From IMG/VR virus record IMGVR_UViG_3300031665_000001: a stretch of 64,000 bases of DNA. One strand, 5' to 3'. Under the pieces are notes generated by a model, which worked only from the letters and a program-made list of their open reading frames with translations, ran no database searches and was not told where the DNA came from. Both the position numbers and the translations under genes were made by a program. Positions 1 through 8,441 of this stretch are shown here, piece by piece (positions within the stretch are counted from its first letter, which is position 1; each line of letters begins with the position of its first letter). The DNA is from an uncultured virus (IMG/VR IMGVR_UViG_3300031665_000001) (Duplodnaviria > Heunggongvirae > Uroviricota > Caudoviricetes).

Positions 1-109
1 TATTGATGACATAATGAAATAATTGTAAAATCGCATTAAAAAGGCTACTAGCTGCCAATAGTAACCTTTTACAACAATAAACTTCCTGTAATTAAATTTT
101 TGGCCAGTC

Positions 110-2518
110 TTAGATAATAATTCTTATATAATCTTCTTTAGCCTGGTCCTTTAATTTTATATTTTTAAATCCTCTGAATTTTTTACCATCTTTATCAAGA
201 CAATTTTCTGAGTATTCTACATTACATAATTTTGCTTCATTTATAAATTTATTCCTACCTAATGGAGAATATCCATTTTCTTTACAAAATAGTTTATACC
301 AGTTATACATTTCTATAGATCTGATATTATTATTTTCTTCTTCTATGAGTGCATCATCTATAAATTGGAGTACATTATTATTATCTTTTTTATATTGTAA
401 TATAAGTCTATCATTTTTTTCATTTGTTGAGAATTTAAATTTATTTGATAATAGTCTTTGAAGACCTTTGATACCCCAGTTTATTACTCCAATCATATCA
501 AATTTATCAATTAAATGTTCGTCCTGTTCTTCTTTAGGTATAGCAGTTTCAAAAGGAATAATTAAAAATCTATTATAAAATTCATTATTTTTATCATAAG
601 TAGGTGGTAGATTGTTCATGGAACAAATCAACCTAGCTTTATTATAGAATTCAAATTCATCTAGTCCTTTTCTTTCAGCCTGGATTATATCATCACCTGT
701 AAGCATTTTAATTAGACTAGTATCTTTTAATGGTGCTGATGATAAATCACCTACTACATTTGCTAATTTTCCATATAATGCAGCAGAAGCAAATCTATGG
801 CTAGGATTTGCAAGTTTTTGAAGGGTTACGGCTGTTACTAATTCTTTTCCTAATATCTTTACTATAGTGTTTAATATCAGTGATTTTCCAGAATCTCCAA
901 CACCATAAAGGGCAAAGAATTTTTTAGCACTATTATTAAGTAACATTAGATATCCTATTATTTCTTGTAATAATTTTTGCTGGTCTTTAGGTAATACTTC
1001 ATTCAAGAATTTTTCCCATACACTACAGTGTATATCTGGATTAAAATCATAATAGAATTTATGTGTATTCATATATTCTAAGCTATGTTCTTTAATTTCA
1101 TAAGTTCCTTTTTTACTAAACTCTAAAACGCAATTATTAAACACCATTAAATTATTCTTTTTATTTAGCATATCTATTTTTTCTTCTTCCCTCAATAATC
1201 TATTGAATACTTCATTAACTGACGATGTACCTTGATATTTTTCATGTAAATGTTTTGCTATGAATTTTTTTACCCTATTGTGGGTAGTTGATTCATAAAC
1301 ACCATCCTTATAAATATAAAATCCATTCTTACTATTAAAAGTCTTATGTTCTGGATCATTTACTAAATGTTCTACAATTTGTTTATAATTTAATTTTAAT
1401 TTACCTTCATCGTCATAATAATGATAATTTGCTTCATGACCTGCTTCTACTTCAAATGCTGCCTTAACATTTTTATATCCTAAATTTTCTTTAACATATT
1501 TAATTGTCTTAGCTACATCACCTTTAAATCTATGTATCTTTAGCATATTAAATCCATTGTGACAATGATCATCATTTAAAGGGTCTGTGTTATGGAAACT
1601 ATATGCATATGTAGCATAATTACCTTTTTTATCTGGATATACTTTTAATCCATTTTCCGTTGAACCTTCACAATATGTATAACATTCTTTCTGAGTCCCT
1701 TTTTTATAAACATCATCTAAAAAATTTTCTATTATTTCATGAATATTATATTTTTTACAGAATTTATGTATAACTTCATTTTCAGGCATATCATGAGGAC
1801 TTTTAATACCACCTAGTTTTTTATTCAAATCTATCTTATCTGTCTTATTTATCTCATCTATAGTCTTCTTAGTCGCATATTTTATTTTCCTTTTATCCTG
1901 TTCAGGAGTCAATAAAAAATCAGCAGGATTCACAAGTTTTCCTTCAACATGTTTACTTTTGAAATCTATGTCACTTGGTGAAGAAGGTAAAAACATTACC
2001 TGATTATATTTAAATGATGCTCTGTCAATTTCTTCCCATCTACTAGAATCCAATTGCTTGAATCCTAATTTTCTGGACAATTCCTGGACAATTATCCTAT
2101 AATCTTCTTTATTAGTTATAACTTCTTTTAATGGTAAAAACACTCGAATTCGAGGGTTTTCTTCGGTATGACTATGTGTTGTATGCCAGAAATGTTCATA
2201 TGGTATTTTATTTATCTTATCCCATATGGATTTATCACAATCATCAATATCTAATGCTATTATGTTCCTATACTTAATGTTTTCTTCTTTCCTTATATCA
2301 CCTTCTAATTGTCCAAATATAATACATCCTATATCTTTTTTACATGCTAATTCTTTTTTATTTTCAAGATACTGTTTGGATGTATAGTCTTGCTTTTTAC
2401 ACTTTGATAACATTATTTCGATGTTTTCCCAGGTGTCTTCCTTATTAATCCACCCAGTTTTCTTATTGACTAAATTATTATAAATAAATGAATACACAAT
2501 ATCTTTATTTTCTTTCAT
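110..2518 (-). CDS. P4/D5-family primase-helicase (N-terminal primase domain, C-terminal SF3 helicase)
   Basis: LDIDD, HTTHSH and PRIRVFLPL primase motifs; Walker A GVGDSGKS; KMLTGDDIIQAERK and ICSMNNLP typical of P4-family primase C-termini. Confidence 0.9.
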   Translation of the reverse strand: MKENKDIVYSFIYNNLVNKKTGWINKEDTWENIEIMLSKCKKQDYTSKQYLENKKELACKKDIGCIIFGQLEGDIRKEENIKYRNIIALDIDDCDKSIWDKINKIPYEHFWHTTHSHTEENPRIRVFLPLKEVITNKEDYRIIVQELSRKLGFKQLDSSRWEEIDRASFKYNQVMFLPSSPSDIDFKSKHVEGKLVNPADFLLTPEQDKRKIKYATKKTIDEINKTDKIDLNKKLGGIKSPHDMPENEVIHKFCKKYNIHEIIENFLDDVYKKGTQKECYTYCEGSTENGLKVYPDKKGNYATYAYSFHNTDPLNDDHCHNGFNMLKIHRFKGDVAKTIKYVKENLGYKNVKAAFEVEAGHEANYHYYDDEGKLKLNYKQIVEHLVNDPEHKTFNSKNGFYIYKDGVYESTTHNRVKKFIAKHLHEKYQGTSSVNEVFNRLLREEEKIDMLNKKNNLMVFNNCVLEFSKKGTYEIKEHSLEYMNTHKFYYDFNPDIHCSVWEKFLNEVLPKDQQKLLQEIIGYLMLLNNSAKKFFALYGVGDSGKSLILNTIVKILGKELVTAVTLQKLANPSHRFASAALYGKLANVVGDLSSAPLKDTSLIKMLTGDDIIQAERKGLDEFEFYNKARLICSMNNLPPTYDKNNEFYNRFLIIPFETAIPKEEQDEHLIDKFDMIGVINWGIKGLQRLLSNKFKFSTNEKNDRLILQYKKDNNNVLQFIDDALIEEENNNIRSIEMYNWYKLFCKENGYSPLGRNKFINEAKLCNVEYSENCLDKDGKKFRGFKNIKLKDQAKEDYIRIII

Positions 2519-2520
2519 AC

Positions 2521-2742
2521 TTACCCCCCTTTTGTAATTATTATCTTATCGCCTTTTCTCTCTAACCATACTCCATCATATAGATTTAAATCTTCTACTG
2601 TAGTTGGTGGAATAGCTACTGTATGACTATTGCCATCTTGCCTTAGTGTCCTTTTAACCTTATATTCTTTAGTATTCCCTTTAGTTCCTGTTCCCTTTAC
2701 ACCTCTAAAAAATGAACTTGTTAATCTTAATCTAGTTAGCAT
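2521..2742 (-). CDS. AbrB/MazE-type DNA-binding protein
   Basis: LRQDGNSHTVAIP...LNLYDGVWLERKGDKIIITK swapped-hairpin pattern; RBS AAGGAGG. Confidence 0.65.
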   Translation of the reverse strand: MLTRLRLTSSFFRGVKGTGTKGNTKEYKVKRTLRQDGNSHTVAIPPTTVEDLNLYDGVWLERKGDKIIITKGG

Positions 2743-2797
2743 TTTGTTTCCTCCTTAATGTTAAAGAACGTTCTTTATTAAGATAATAAAAAAGCGT

Positions 2798-3004
2798 TTA
2801 AGATGCTTTTTCCTCACCTGATTTTTTTTCTTCTTTTGATTGATCATATGCAGTATGTATTAAATGAGCAGCTACTTTATTGATACTAATTTCATTAAAT
2901 TTAGATAATTCTTTCAATTCATCAATTATATCTACAGATAAATATAATGATATTTTTTTCATACGTTGTGTATCTATTTTCAATTTATTTTTCAATTTAT
3001 CCAT
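2798..3004 (-). CDS. ribbon-helix-helix DNA-binding protein
   Basis: KKISLYLSVDIIDELKELS..NEISINKV pattern; RBS AAAGGAG. Confidence 0.6.
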   Translation of the reverse strand: MDKLKNKLKIDTQRMKKISLYLSVDIIDELKELSKFNEISINKVAAHLIHTAYDQSKEEKKSGEEKAS

Positions 3005-3034
3005 CTTTACAACTCCTTTTTTTTAAGTATTTAT

Positions 3035-3063
3035 ATAGTATCACTTTATATTAAATAATGCAA
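3035..3063 (-). promoter_or_regulatory. sigmaA-like promoter for the RHH-AbrB-primase operon
   Basis: minus strand TTGCAT-17 bp-TACTAT. Confidence 0.5.
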
Positions 3064-3089
3064 CCAAAAATTATATGCATTTTTTTTAA

Positions 3090-3445
3090 ATTTTTTTTTA
3101 CACGTTTTTTTTATAAAAAAGAGTGTAATCAAAAAAATGAAAAAATCTTGAAGCTATTGGTATTACTAGATTCTTATTTTTATCTACACTTTTTACACTG
3201 TTTTTTACCCTATTTTCATATCAGGCACCAGATTTCAAAATAATAATAAATAATATTTCCTCATTACCTCTACTCTTTTTTTTCTATTATATTATTTTTA
3301 TTTATTTTTTTATTTTTCTATGTGGAAAAAAAAGAGTGTAAAGCGTGTAAAAAGTATTTCAAGACCAATAATATAAAGCGATTCAGACAATTAAAAAAGC
3401 GTGTAAAAAGCGTGTTTTTTACACGCTTTACACGCTTTTATAAAA
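3090..3445. repeat. iteron cluster (GCGTGTAAA/TTTACACGC), degenerate copy of the 34 kb palindrome; candidate replication element
   Basis: 3240-3440 aligns by eye with 34165-34370 (shared TTTCCTCATTACCTCT and AAAAAAGCGTGTAAAAAGCGTGTTTTTTACACGCTTTACACGCTTTT). Confidence 0.75.
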
Positions 3446-3453
3446 ATTAGAAT

Positions 3454-4062
3454 TTAAGAATAATTTCTAATGAGTTCTAGTAAATTTATATCTTTTTTAT
3501 AGTTTACCGTAATAAAAAATTTAATTTCTAATAATTTCTCAGTTTTATTTTCTTCACGAAATATGCAAGGAAATGCAAATAAAAAGAAAAATAATTGTTT
3601 TTCTGTTAGAAAATAAAATTTAAGAAGTTTAAAATTATTGCATTGTTTACCAGTGATGTTACCTGTAACTATTTCATCTAGTAATTTAAATTTATCTATA
3701 TTTTCATCTATAAATTTAACAATGATAGAATTATGTTTATCTATAATACTAGATAATTCATGAGTAGTTATAGTTTTTTCTATTGATACACCATGTTGCC
3801 AGTAACCATATTTAAAAGATGTATTATCTTTTATGTATTTGTGCATTTGCTCAGGTGTAGGATAAGAAATAATTTTGTCTTTATATTTTTCAAGGTCTTC
3901 AAATGCTATATCTTTATTTGTATTATGTACACCCCATCTATTGTTAATTTTATATAAATGGACATTGGTGTTTCTTATTAATTTAGTTATCTTATTATCT
4001 AAATCATCTATTTTTTGATATATTTTTCTAAAGTCTCCTAATCTTGATAAATTATTTAACAT
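3454..4062 (-). CDS. hypothetical protein (202 aa from the RBS-supported start)
   Basis: AGAAAGGAG upstream of ATG at 4062; the longer ORF start overlaps a terminator hairpin. Confidence 0.65.
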   Translation of the reverse strand: MLNNLSRLGDFRKIYQKIDDLDNKITKLIRNTNVHLYKINNRWGVHNTNKDIAFEDLEKYKDKIISYPTPEQMHKYIKDNTSFKYGYWQHGVSIEKTITTHELSSIIDKHNSIIVKFIDENIDKFKLLDEIVTGNITGKQCNNFKLLKFYFLTEKQLFFFLFAFPCIFREENKTEKLLEIKFFITVNYKKDINLLELIRNYS

Positions 4063-4090
4063 TGTAACAAATCTCCTTTCTAATGTAATA

Positions 4091-4122
4091 AAAGAACCCA
4101 TCAATTTTCAATGGGTTCTTTT
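4091..4122. terminator. intrinsic terminator hairpin
   Basis: AAAGAACCCAT...ATGGGTTCTTT with flanking A/T runs. Confidence 0.65.
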
Positions 4123-4157
4123 ATGTATAAATATTTGCAATCAAGGTCCAAAGTTAA

Positions 4158-5081
4158 TTATTTTAATTTTTTTTGTTTTATTTTATTTCTTCTATCGGCA
4201 GCATCTTTAGCCATTTTTTGCTGTCTTTCTTTTTTTGCATTCGTTACTTTTATTATCTGGTCCGCAATATCCTTAGATGTCGGATTGAATACTGTTTTCA
4301 TTGGCAAATTTAGAAATGCTGATATTTTCCAAACTTCATCAAATTCAAAATCTATTTTCTTATTTAATTTATTATATACATGTGATAAAGATAAATTTAA
4401 TATTTGTGATAAATCTTTCGGTTTTTTGTTTTCCATATACAATAAGTTCGATATATATTGTTTGTCTACATTTATGTTATTCATGTTAAAACCTTCAATT
4501 AAAGATTTATTAATTATTAATTTATCTGATTCATTACTTTTTTTTAAAGATTTATTAAATTCTTTCGATATCACCTGAATTAATTCATTATCTGTTGGGC
4601 AAAATATCCGTTCAATAGGTAATTCCATATAACTACTTAATAAAATACCTTCTTTTACTGTTATCTTTGTGTCACCCCTTAATTTATCGTAAATAGATAC
4701 AATTTTTAAACCCCATAAATTACATAATTCATTGATATGTATTCCTTTTTCATTCAATAAACGCTTTAAATACTTTTGATTTAAATTGAAGTCATTATAA
4801 GAATTTTTATTATAATATTTTTCTATATTATAATCATTATAATACACTTCAAACATCATTTGTTCTGTTGGGCAAAATACATCAATTACATTAATATGTA
4901 ATTCATCTGATAATAAAATTGCTTCATTTATATAAATTAGAGTACGACGGCTTATTTTAAGATTTAACGCGTTTTCGCTTATTTCTAATCTTTCGCATAT
5001 TTTTTTCCTATTTGTAAATTCATTAGTCTTTATTAATTTGTTAATATAATGCGTATTAAAATTATATTTTCTATAAATCAC
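4158..5081 (-). CDS. transcription regulator with three tandem Cro/CI-like HTH domains
   Basis: three internal repeats N.KY...LL....L...L......Y.KL.......E.I.LS..L..P....F.PT; GTG start with AGGAGG. Confidence 0.7.
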   Translation of the reverse strand: MIYRKYNFNTHYINKLIKTNEFTNRKKICERLEISENALNLKISRRTLIYINEAILLSDELHINVIDVFCPTEQMMFEVYYNDYNIEKYYNKNSYNDFNLNQKYLKRLLNEKGIHINELCNLWGLKIVSIYDKLRGDTKITVKEGILLSSYMELPIERIFCPTDNELIQVISKEFNKSLKKSNESDKLIINKSLIEGFNMNNINVDKQYISNLLYMENKKPKDLSQILNLSLSHVYNKLNKKIDFEFDEVWKISAFLNLPMKTVFNPTSKDIADQIIKVTNAKKERQQKMAKDAADRRNKIKQKKLK

Positions 5082-5115
5082 TATTACACCTCCTATTTTT
5101 TTATTTTTATTTATA

Positions 5116-5144
5116 ATATTATAACACTTTTTACATTATGTCAA
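5116..5144 (-). promoter_or_regulatory. sigmaA-like promoter of the triple-HTH gene
   Basis: minus strand TTGACATAATGTAAAAAGTGTTATAATATT. Confidence 0.6.
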
Positions 5145-5201
5145 GTAATATACAATATAATGGAAAAAAAATAAACATAATATGTCAAATTTTACATAAC
5201 A

Positions 5202-5228
5202 ATAGACCTGTTTAGCGAACAGGTCTAT
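5202..5228 (-). terminator. terminator hairpin ending the protein/tRNA-like RNA unit
   Basis: ATAGACCTGTT-TAGCG-AACAGGTCTAT perfect 11-bp stem. Confidence 0.6.
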
Positions 5229-5458
5229 AAAAACAGTCTGTAACAAAGAGATTTACTAACAATTTTATTATATAGAAAAATCTTAATTATAACAATGCTA
5301 TTCTTGTTACAAAACCCTCAAACTACCGATTTGAGAGTTTTATCATACTTTTTGGCTTTTTTGATATTAAAACAAGGCATCCTATCCATGATGCCTTGTT
5401 ATCTGATTTTTGCCAAATCATTTTAAAATGTATATATCTTCAATGTTTAACGGCGTTT

Positions 5459-5645
5459 AATGTATTGGTTTAATTTTAAAAAGGTTTTTGCATAACCACT
5501 ATGCTATTCTTGCATATATAGGGGATTATTAATCCCCTAGTGAAAGGAACATATTAAATATATACACTATACTTGCCACAATTATTTACTTGCCAAGCAA
5601 GAAATTGGATTTGAACCAATGTGAAACCAATATTACCAATACACC
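5459..5645 (-). ncRNA. circularly permuted tRNA-like domain 2 (T arm, acceptor 3' strand, 83-nt insert, acceptor 5' strand, D arm)
   Basis: T arm ATTGG-TTCAAAT-CCAAT (5620-5604); TTCTTGC (5603-5597) pairs 7/7 with GCAAGAA (5513-5507), then TA and D arm GCAT-AGTGGTT-ATGC; closing stems GGTTT/AAACC and TGTATTGGT/ACCAATACA. Confidence 0.75.
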
Positions 5646-5705
5646 TCGATTTAAACAAATATACTATATTAAACTTTTGAGAATAACTTAAATTTAAATT
5701 TTAAT

Positions 5706-5790
5706 AGCTAATGTCTGCCATTGCATCACCACGACATTTCAAATAGTAGAATCAAAGTCGTGGAAAGGATTCGAACCTCCAAAAATAGCT
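5706..5790 (-). ncRNA. circularly permuted tRNA-like domain 1 (YrlA-like topology)
   Basis: AGCTA, T arm GGAGG-TTCGAAT-CCTTT, CCACGAC, 21-nt linker, GTCGTGG (7/7 pairing), TG, D arm ATG-CAATGGCAGA-CAT, TAGCT. Confidence 0.8.
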
Positions 5791-5821
5791 TTATTTAACT
5801 TGAGTCTTAGCTTATCTCAAA

Positions 5822-5895
5822 TGGGATCGAATGGAATTGAACCATTAACTCTAGGATTTTTTAATCCTAAGCTCTACCGATTGAGCTACCATCCC
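5822..5895 (-). tRNA. atypical tRNA with an 8-nt anticodon loop (TTAAAAAA); identity undetermined
   Basis: GGGATGG TA GCTC-AATCGGTA-GAGC T TAGGA-TTAAAAAA-TCCTA GAGTT AATGG-TTCAATT-CCATT CGATCCC A; one G:G acceptor mismatch; no encoded CCA. Confidence 0.75.
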
Positions 5896-5905
5896 ATATT
5901 AAAGT

Positions 5906-6643
5906 TTATTCAAACAAATATTTAAATATTGAATTTATATGTTTTTTTTCTACTTCAATACTATTAGCTGTTTCACGTGCCATCTTGACAGCTTTTATAA
6001 GTTTTTCAACTTTTTTTAACAATTTTTCTTTATCTGGAATCGGTATAGCACCTGATAATTTTTCAGTATTCCAGTAACCTATAATAACATCTTCATTATA
6101 TACTTCTGTCTGTGCTGGATGCTTATCTGTTGCTTCATACCTAATTAAAACTTTAGGTACTTTTTTAGTTCTATGTGTTTCAATAGGTTCAGTCTTATAT
6201 AGATTACTATTTACATCAGGTTTCCAATCCTCATTAATGTCCAATGTAGGAATAGAATTAATTATTGTTCTTATATCTATTAACTGTTTTTCTAAAAATA
6301 TGATGAATGTAGCTGGTACATGTTCAACAATAGTAACATCATCAACAACTATATCTGAAAATGCTGTCGTATTACCATAATCTTTAGTCAATATATAATC
6401 AAAAGATTCAGTCATTGACTCTATAATTAAATTAAATAAAGATTCAACATTAGCGACTACTTTTTTATTTTCATCTGCAAACTTTTCACCTTCATCGTCT
6501 AATGGTCTATATTTCTTTGTGAATCCATTAAATAAATCTGGTTTTTGAAAAGTTTTATAAATATTAGTAATAGTCTGCTGATTCCTTGCTTTTACTTCTT
6601 TTTCAATCGCAATAACTTGATTCAATTTATAAGCTTTAGACAT
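5906..6643 (-). CDS. conserved hypothetical protein (245 aa) linked to the tRNA-like RNAs
   Basis: RBS AAAGGAG; motifs KLNQVIAIEK, FNGFTKKYRPLDDEGE, VPATFIIFLEKQL, THRTKKVPK, ATDKHPAQTE, SGAIP resemble an uncharacterised bacterial/phage family (recalled, not searched). Confidence 0.9.
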   Translation of the reverse strand: MSKAYKLNQVIAIEKEVKARNQQTITNIYKTFQKPDLFNGFTKKYRPLDDEGEKFADENKKVVANVESLFNLIIESMTESFDYILTKDYGNTTAFSDIVVDDVTIVEHVPATFIIFLEKQLIDIRTIINSIPTLDINEDWKPDVNSNLYKTEPIETHRTKKVPKVLIRYEATDKHPAQTEVYNEDVIIGYWNTEKLSGAIPIPDKEKLLKKVEKLIKAVKMARETANSIEVEKKHINSIFKYLFE

Positions 6644-6745
6644 TGTTAGTAAATCTCCTTTCTATAATTTAAAACCCTGAAAATTCAGGGTTTTTAGAAA
6701 AATATTTTATATGCTATAATATAATTAGTACAAACTAATTATCTA

Positions 6746-6775
6746 CATCATAACACATGTATTACATCATGTCAA
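6746..6775 (-). promoter_or_regulatory. sigmaA-like promoter of the 245-aa gene/RNA unit
   Basis: minus strand TTGACATGATGTAATACATGTGTTATGAT (17-bp spacer). Confidence 0.6.
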
Positions 6776-6970
6776 TAAAAAATACTGGTTCGACTTTCCA
6801 GTATTTATGCAACTTATTTAAATTAAAAAAAAACTTTGAAGTATTTAAAATTTACAATTTATTATATAATACATATAGGATAAATTAAACCATATTATTA
6901 TAGTTTATATTGATATTCCAAAAAGAGAGCCAGTACCAACGGCTCTCTATAAACAGTACATTATCTTAAC

Positions 6971-7216
6971 TTACTTATCATAAAATTCATTAATAGCTGA
7001 GTTCCAGTTTGCTATATCTTCTTCGCTTGGTTTATTCGCTATTGACTGTTGGTCTTTTATTCCTAGTTTGCTTGCTACTTTCATTAAGTCAGAATAATCT
7101 TCACCAGCTTTAAAACAGTTATCAAATTTTTCCATATATTTTGCTTTAAAAGCCTCTCTTGACATCGAATTTGCATCAACTTCCATCTGGTCTAAGTTAT
7201 ATTTGTTTGTATTCAT
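6971..7216 (-). CDS. hypothetical protein
   Basis: RBS AAAGGAGGTG; open 81-aa frame. Confidence 0.75.
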   Translation of the reverse strand: MNTNKYNLDQMEVDANSMSREAFKAKYMEKFDNCFKAGEDYSDLMKVASKLGIKDQQSIANKPSEEDIANWNSAINEFYDK

Positions 7217-7272
7217 TTACAATTTCACCTCCTTTCACTTTCATTATTCATAATAAACAAAACCATACATTT

Positions 7273-7470
7273 CTATAAAGTCCCTTTGTTATCTGGGCTA
7301 TTAATTACGCCAAACCCGGTTAAACATAAAAGGATAAAGTCTATTGTGTGTTGTATAACTTCTTGTTTTATTCCTATCATTTCATATAGTCCCCATTCAC
7401 CAAGAAGTAATAATAATGCACTAGTTAGTCCAATCCATAAAACCTTACTTTTTAGTCTGTTTTGTGTCAT
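7273..7470 (-). CDS. holin (65 aa, two TM segments)
   Basis: MTQNRLKSKVLW... and GFGVINSPDNK match small Firmicute phage holins; RBS GGGTGGTG before ATG 7470. Confidence 0.85.
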   Translation of the reverse strand: MTQNRLKSKVLWIGLTSALLLLLGEWGLYEMIGIKQEVIQHTIDFILLCLTGFGVINSPDNKGTL

Positions 7471-7760
7471 AATTTCACCACCCTTTTGATAAAGTCCCCG
7501 AATCTGATTAATATCAACCGTAATCGGGGACATGAAACATGGAACATTAAACAATTATTAATCTATTGAGAGAAAAACTCTCAATTATACCTTTTATGTA
7601 CTCAATACATATATTTTTTTTAGGATATAATATGTATTGAATATTGATAATTTAAATATTGGCTACCACACCAGTATTTAATATGAATATATTTTATTTT
7701 TGCAAAAAACGTCTTCAATTGACGTAATTAGAGTCTCCTTCTACACATGGTAATTGAGTC

Positions 7761-8258
7761 AACTTGTGGGATTGTGTATTATCGGATTTCCCTTTTAAAA
7801 TTATATTGGTCCAGACAATGTTCTTTTTTTTGGAAGAACAAAATCTGATTTTACAGTGTCCTTTTTTTGGAAGGACAAAACCTGGTTTTTTTTTTTAACT
7901 TGTGGGATTGTGTATTATTGGATTTCCCACAAACCCTATAGACTCATACACTAAGCCAGGAATCTTGATCTCATAATCATTGATTTCCCGTAACCTGTTT
8001 TAAAACTATGTTGGTTCGATTTTTAGGTAGTTAGTATGAATATAAATACCGTCATACACGGTGCGTCTTGGTAATTAATGTCCCCAAGCGGAATAGACAA
8101 CTACCAAATTATGTCTACGAGTTTTACCTCCTTTTAACTTGTGGGATTGTGTATTATTGGATTTCCCACAAACCCTATAGACTCATACACTAAGCCAGGA
8201 ATCTTGATCTCATAGTCATTGATTTCCCGTAACCTGTTTTAAAACTATGTTGGTTCGA
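7761..8258 (-). repeat. two 127-bp direct repeats (7893-8019, 8132-8258; 1 mismatch) plus an internally deleted third copy (7761-7812); probable structured ncRNA
   Basis: direct comparison; non-coding; starts immediately 3' of tRNA-Thr on the minus strand. Confidence 0.85.
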
Positions 8259-8331
8259 AGCTAGTAGTTGGAATTGAACCAACAACCTACTGATTACAAA
8301 TCAGTTGCCCTACCTATTGAGCCATACCAGC
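8259..8331 (-). tRNA. trnT: tRNA-Thr(TGT)
   Basis: GCTGGTA...TACTAGC T cloverleaf; anticodon arm ACTGA-TTTGTAA-TCAGT; T loop TTCAATT; no encoded CCA. Confidence 0.92.
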
Positions 8332-8441
8332 AATTTATAATTTATCTGGGTTACTGTCCTTTTTTTAATAAGAAGTTCACCCAGATAATAGTTTTGGGAT
8401 AATCTACTAAAAAGTTTATATTACCAATTAGTAATATAAAC

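Noticed and set aside
5283..5312. Third permuted tRNA domain (ACAAGAATAGCAT echo of domain 2)
   Set aside because: No T arm and the D loop lacks GG
7761..8258. CRISPR array
   Set aside because: Units are 127 bp with only two full copies and unequal spacers; no cas genes
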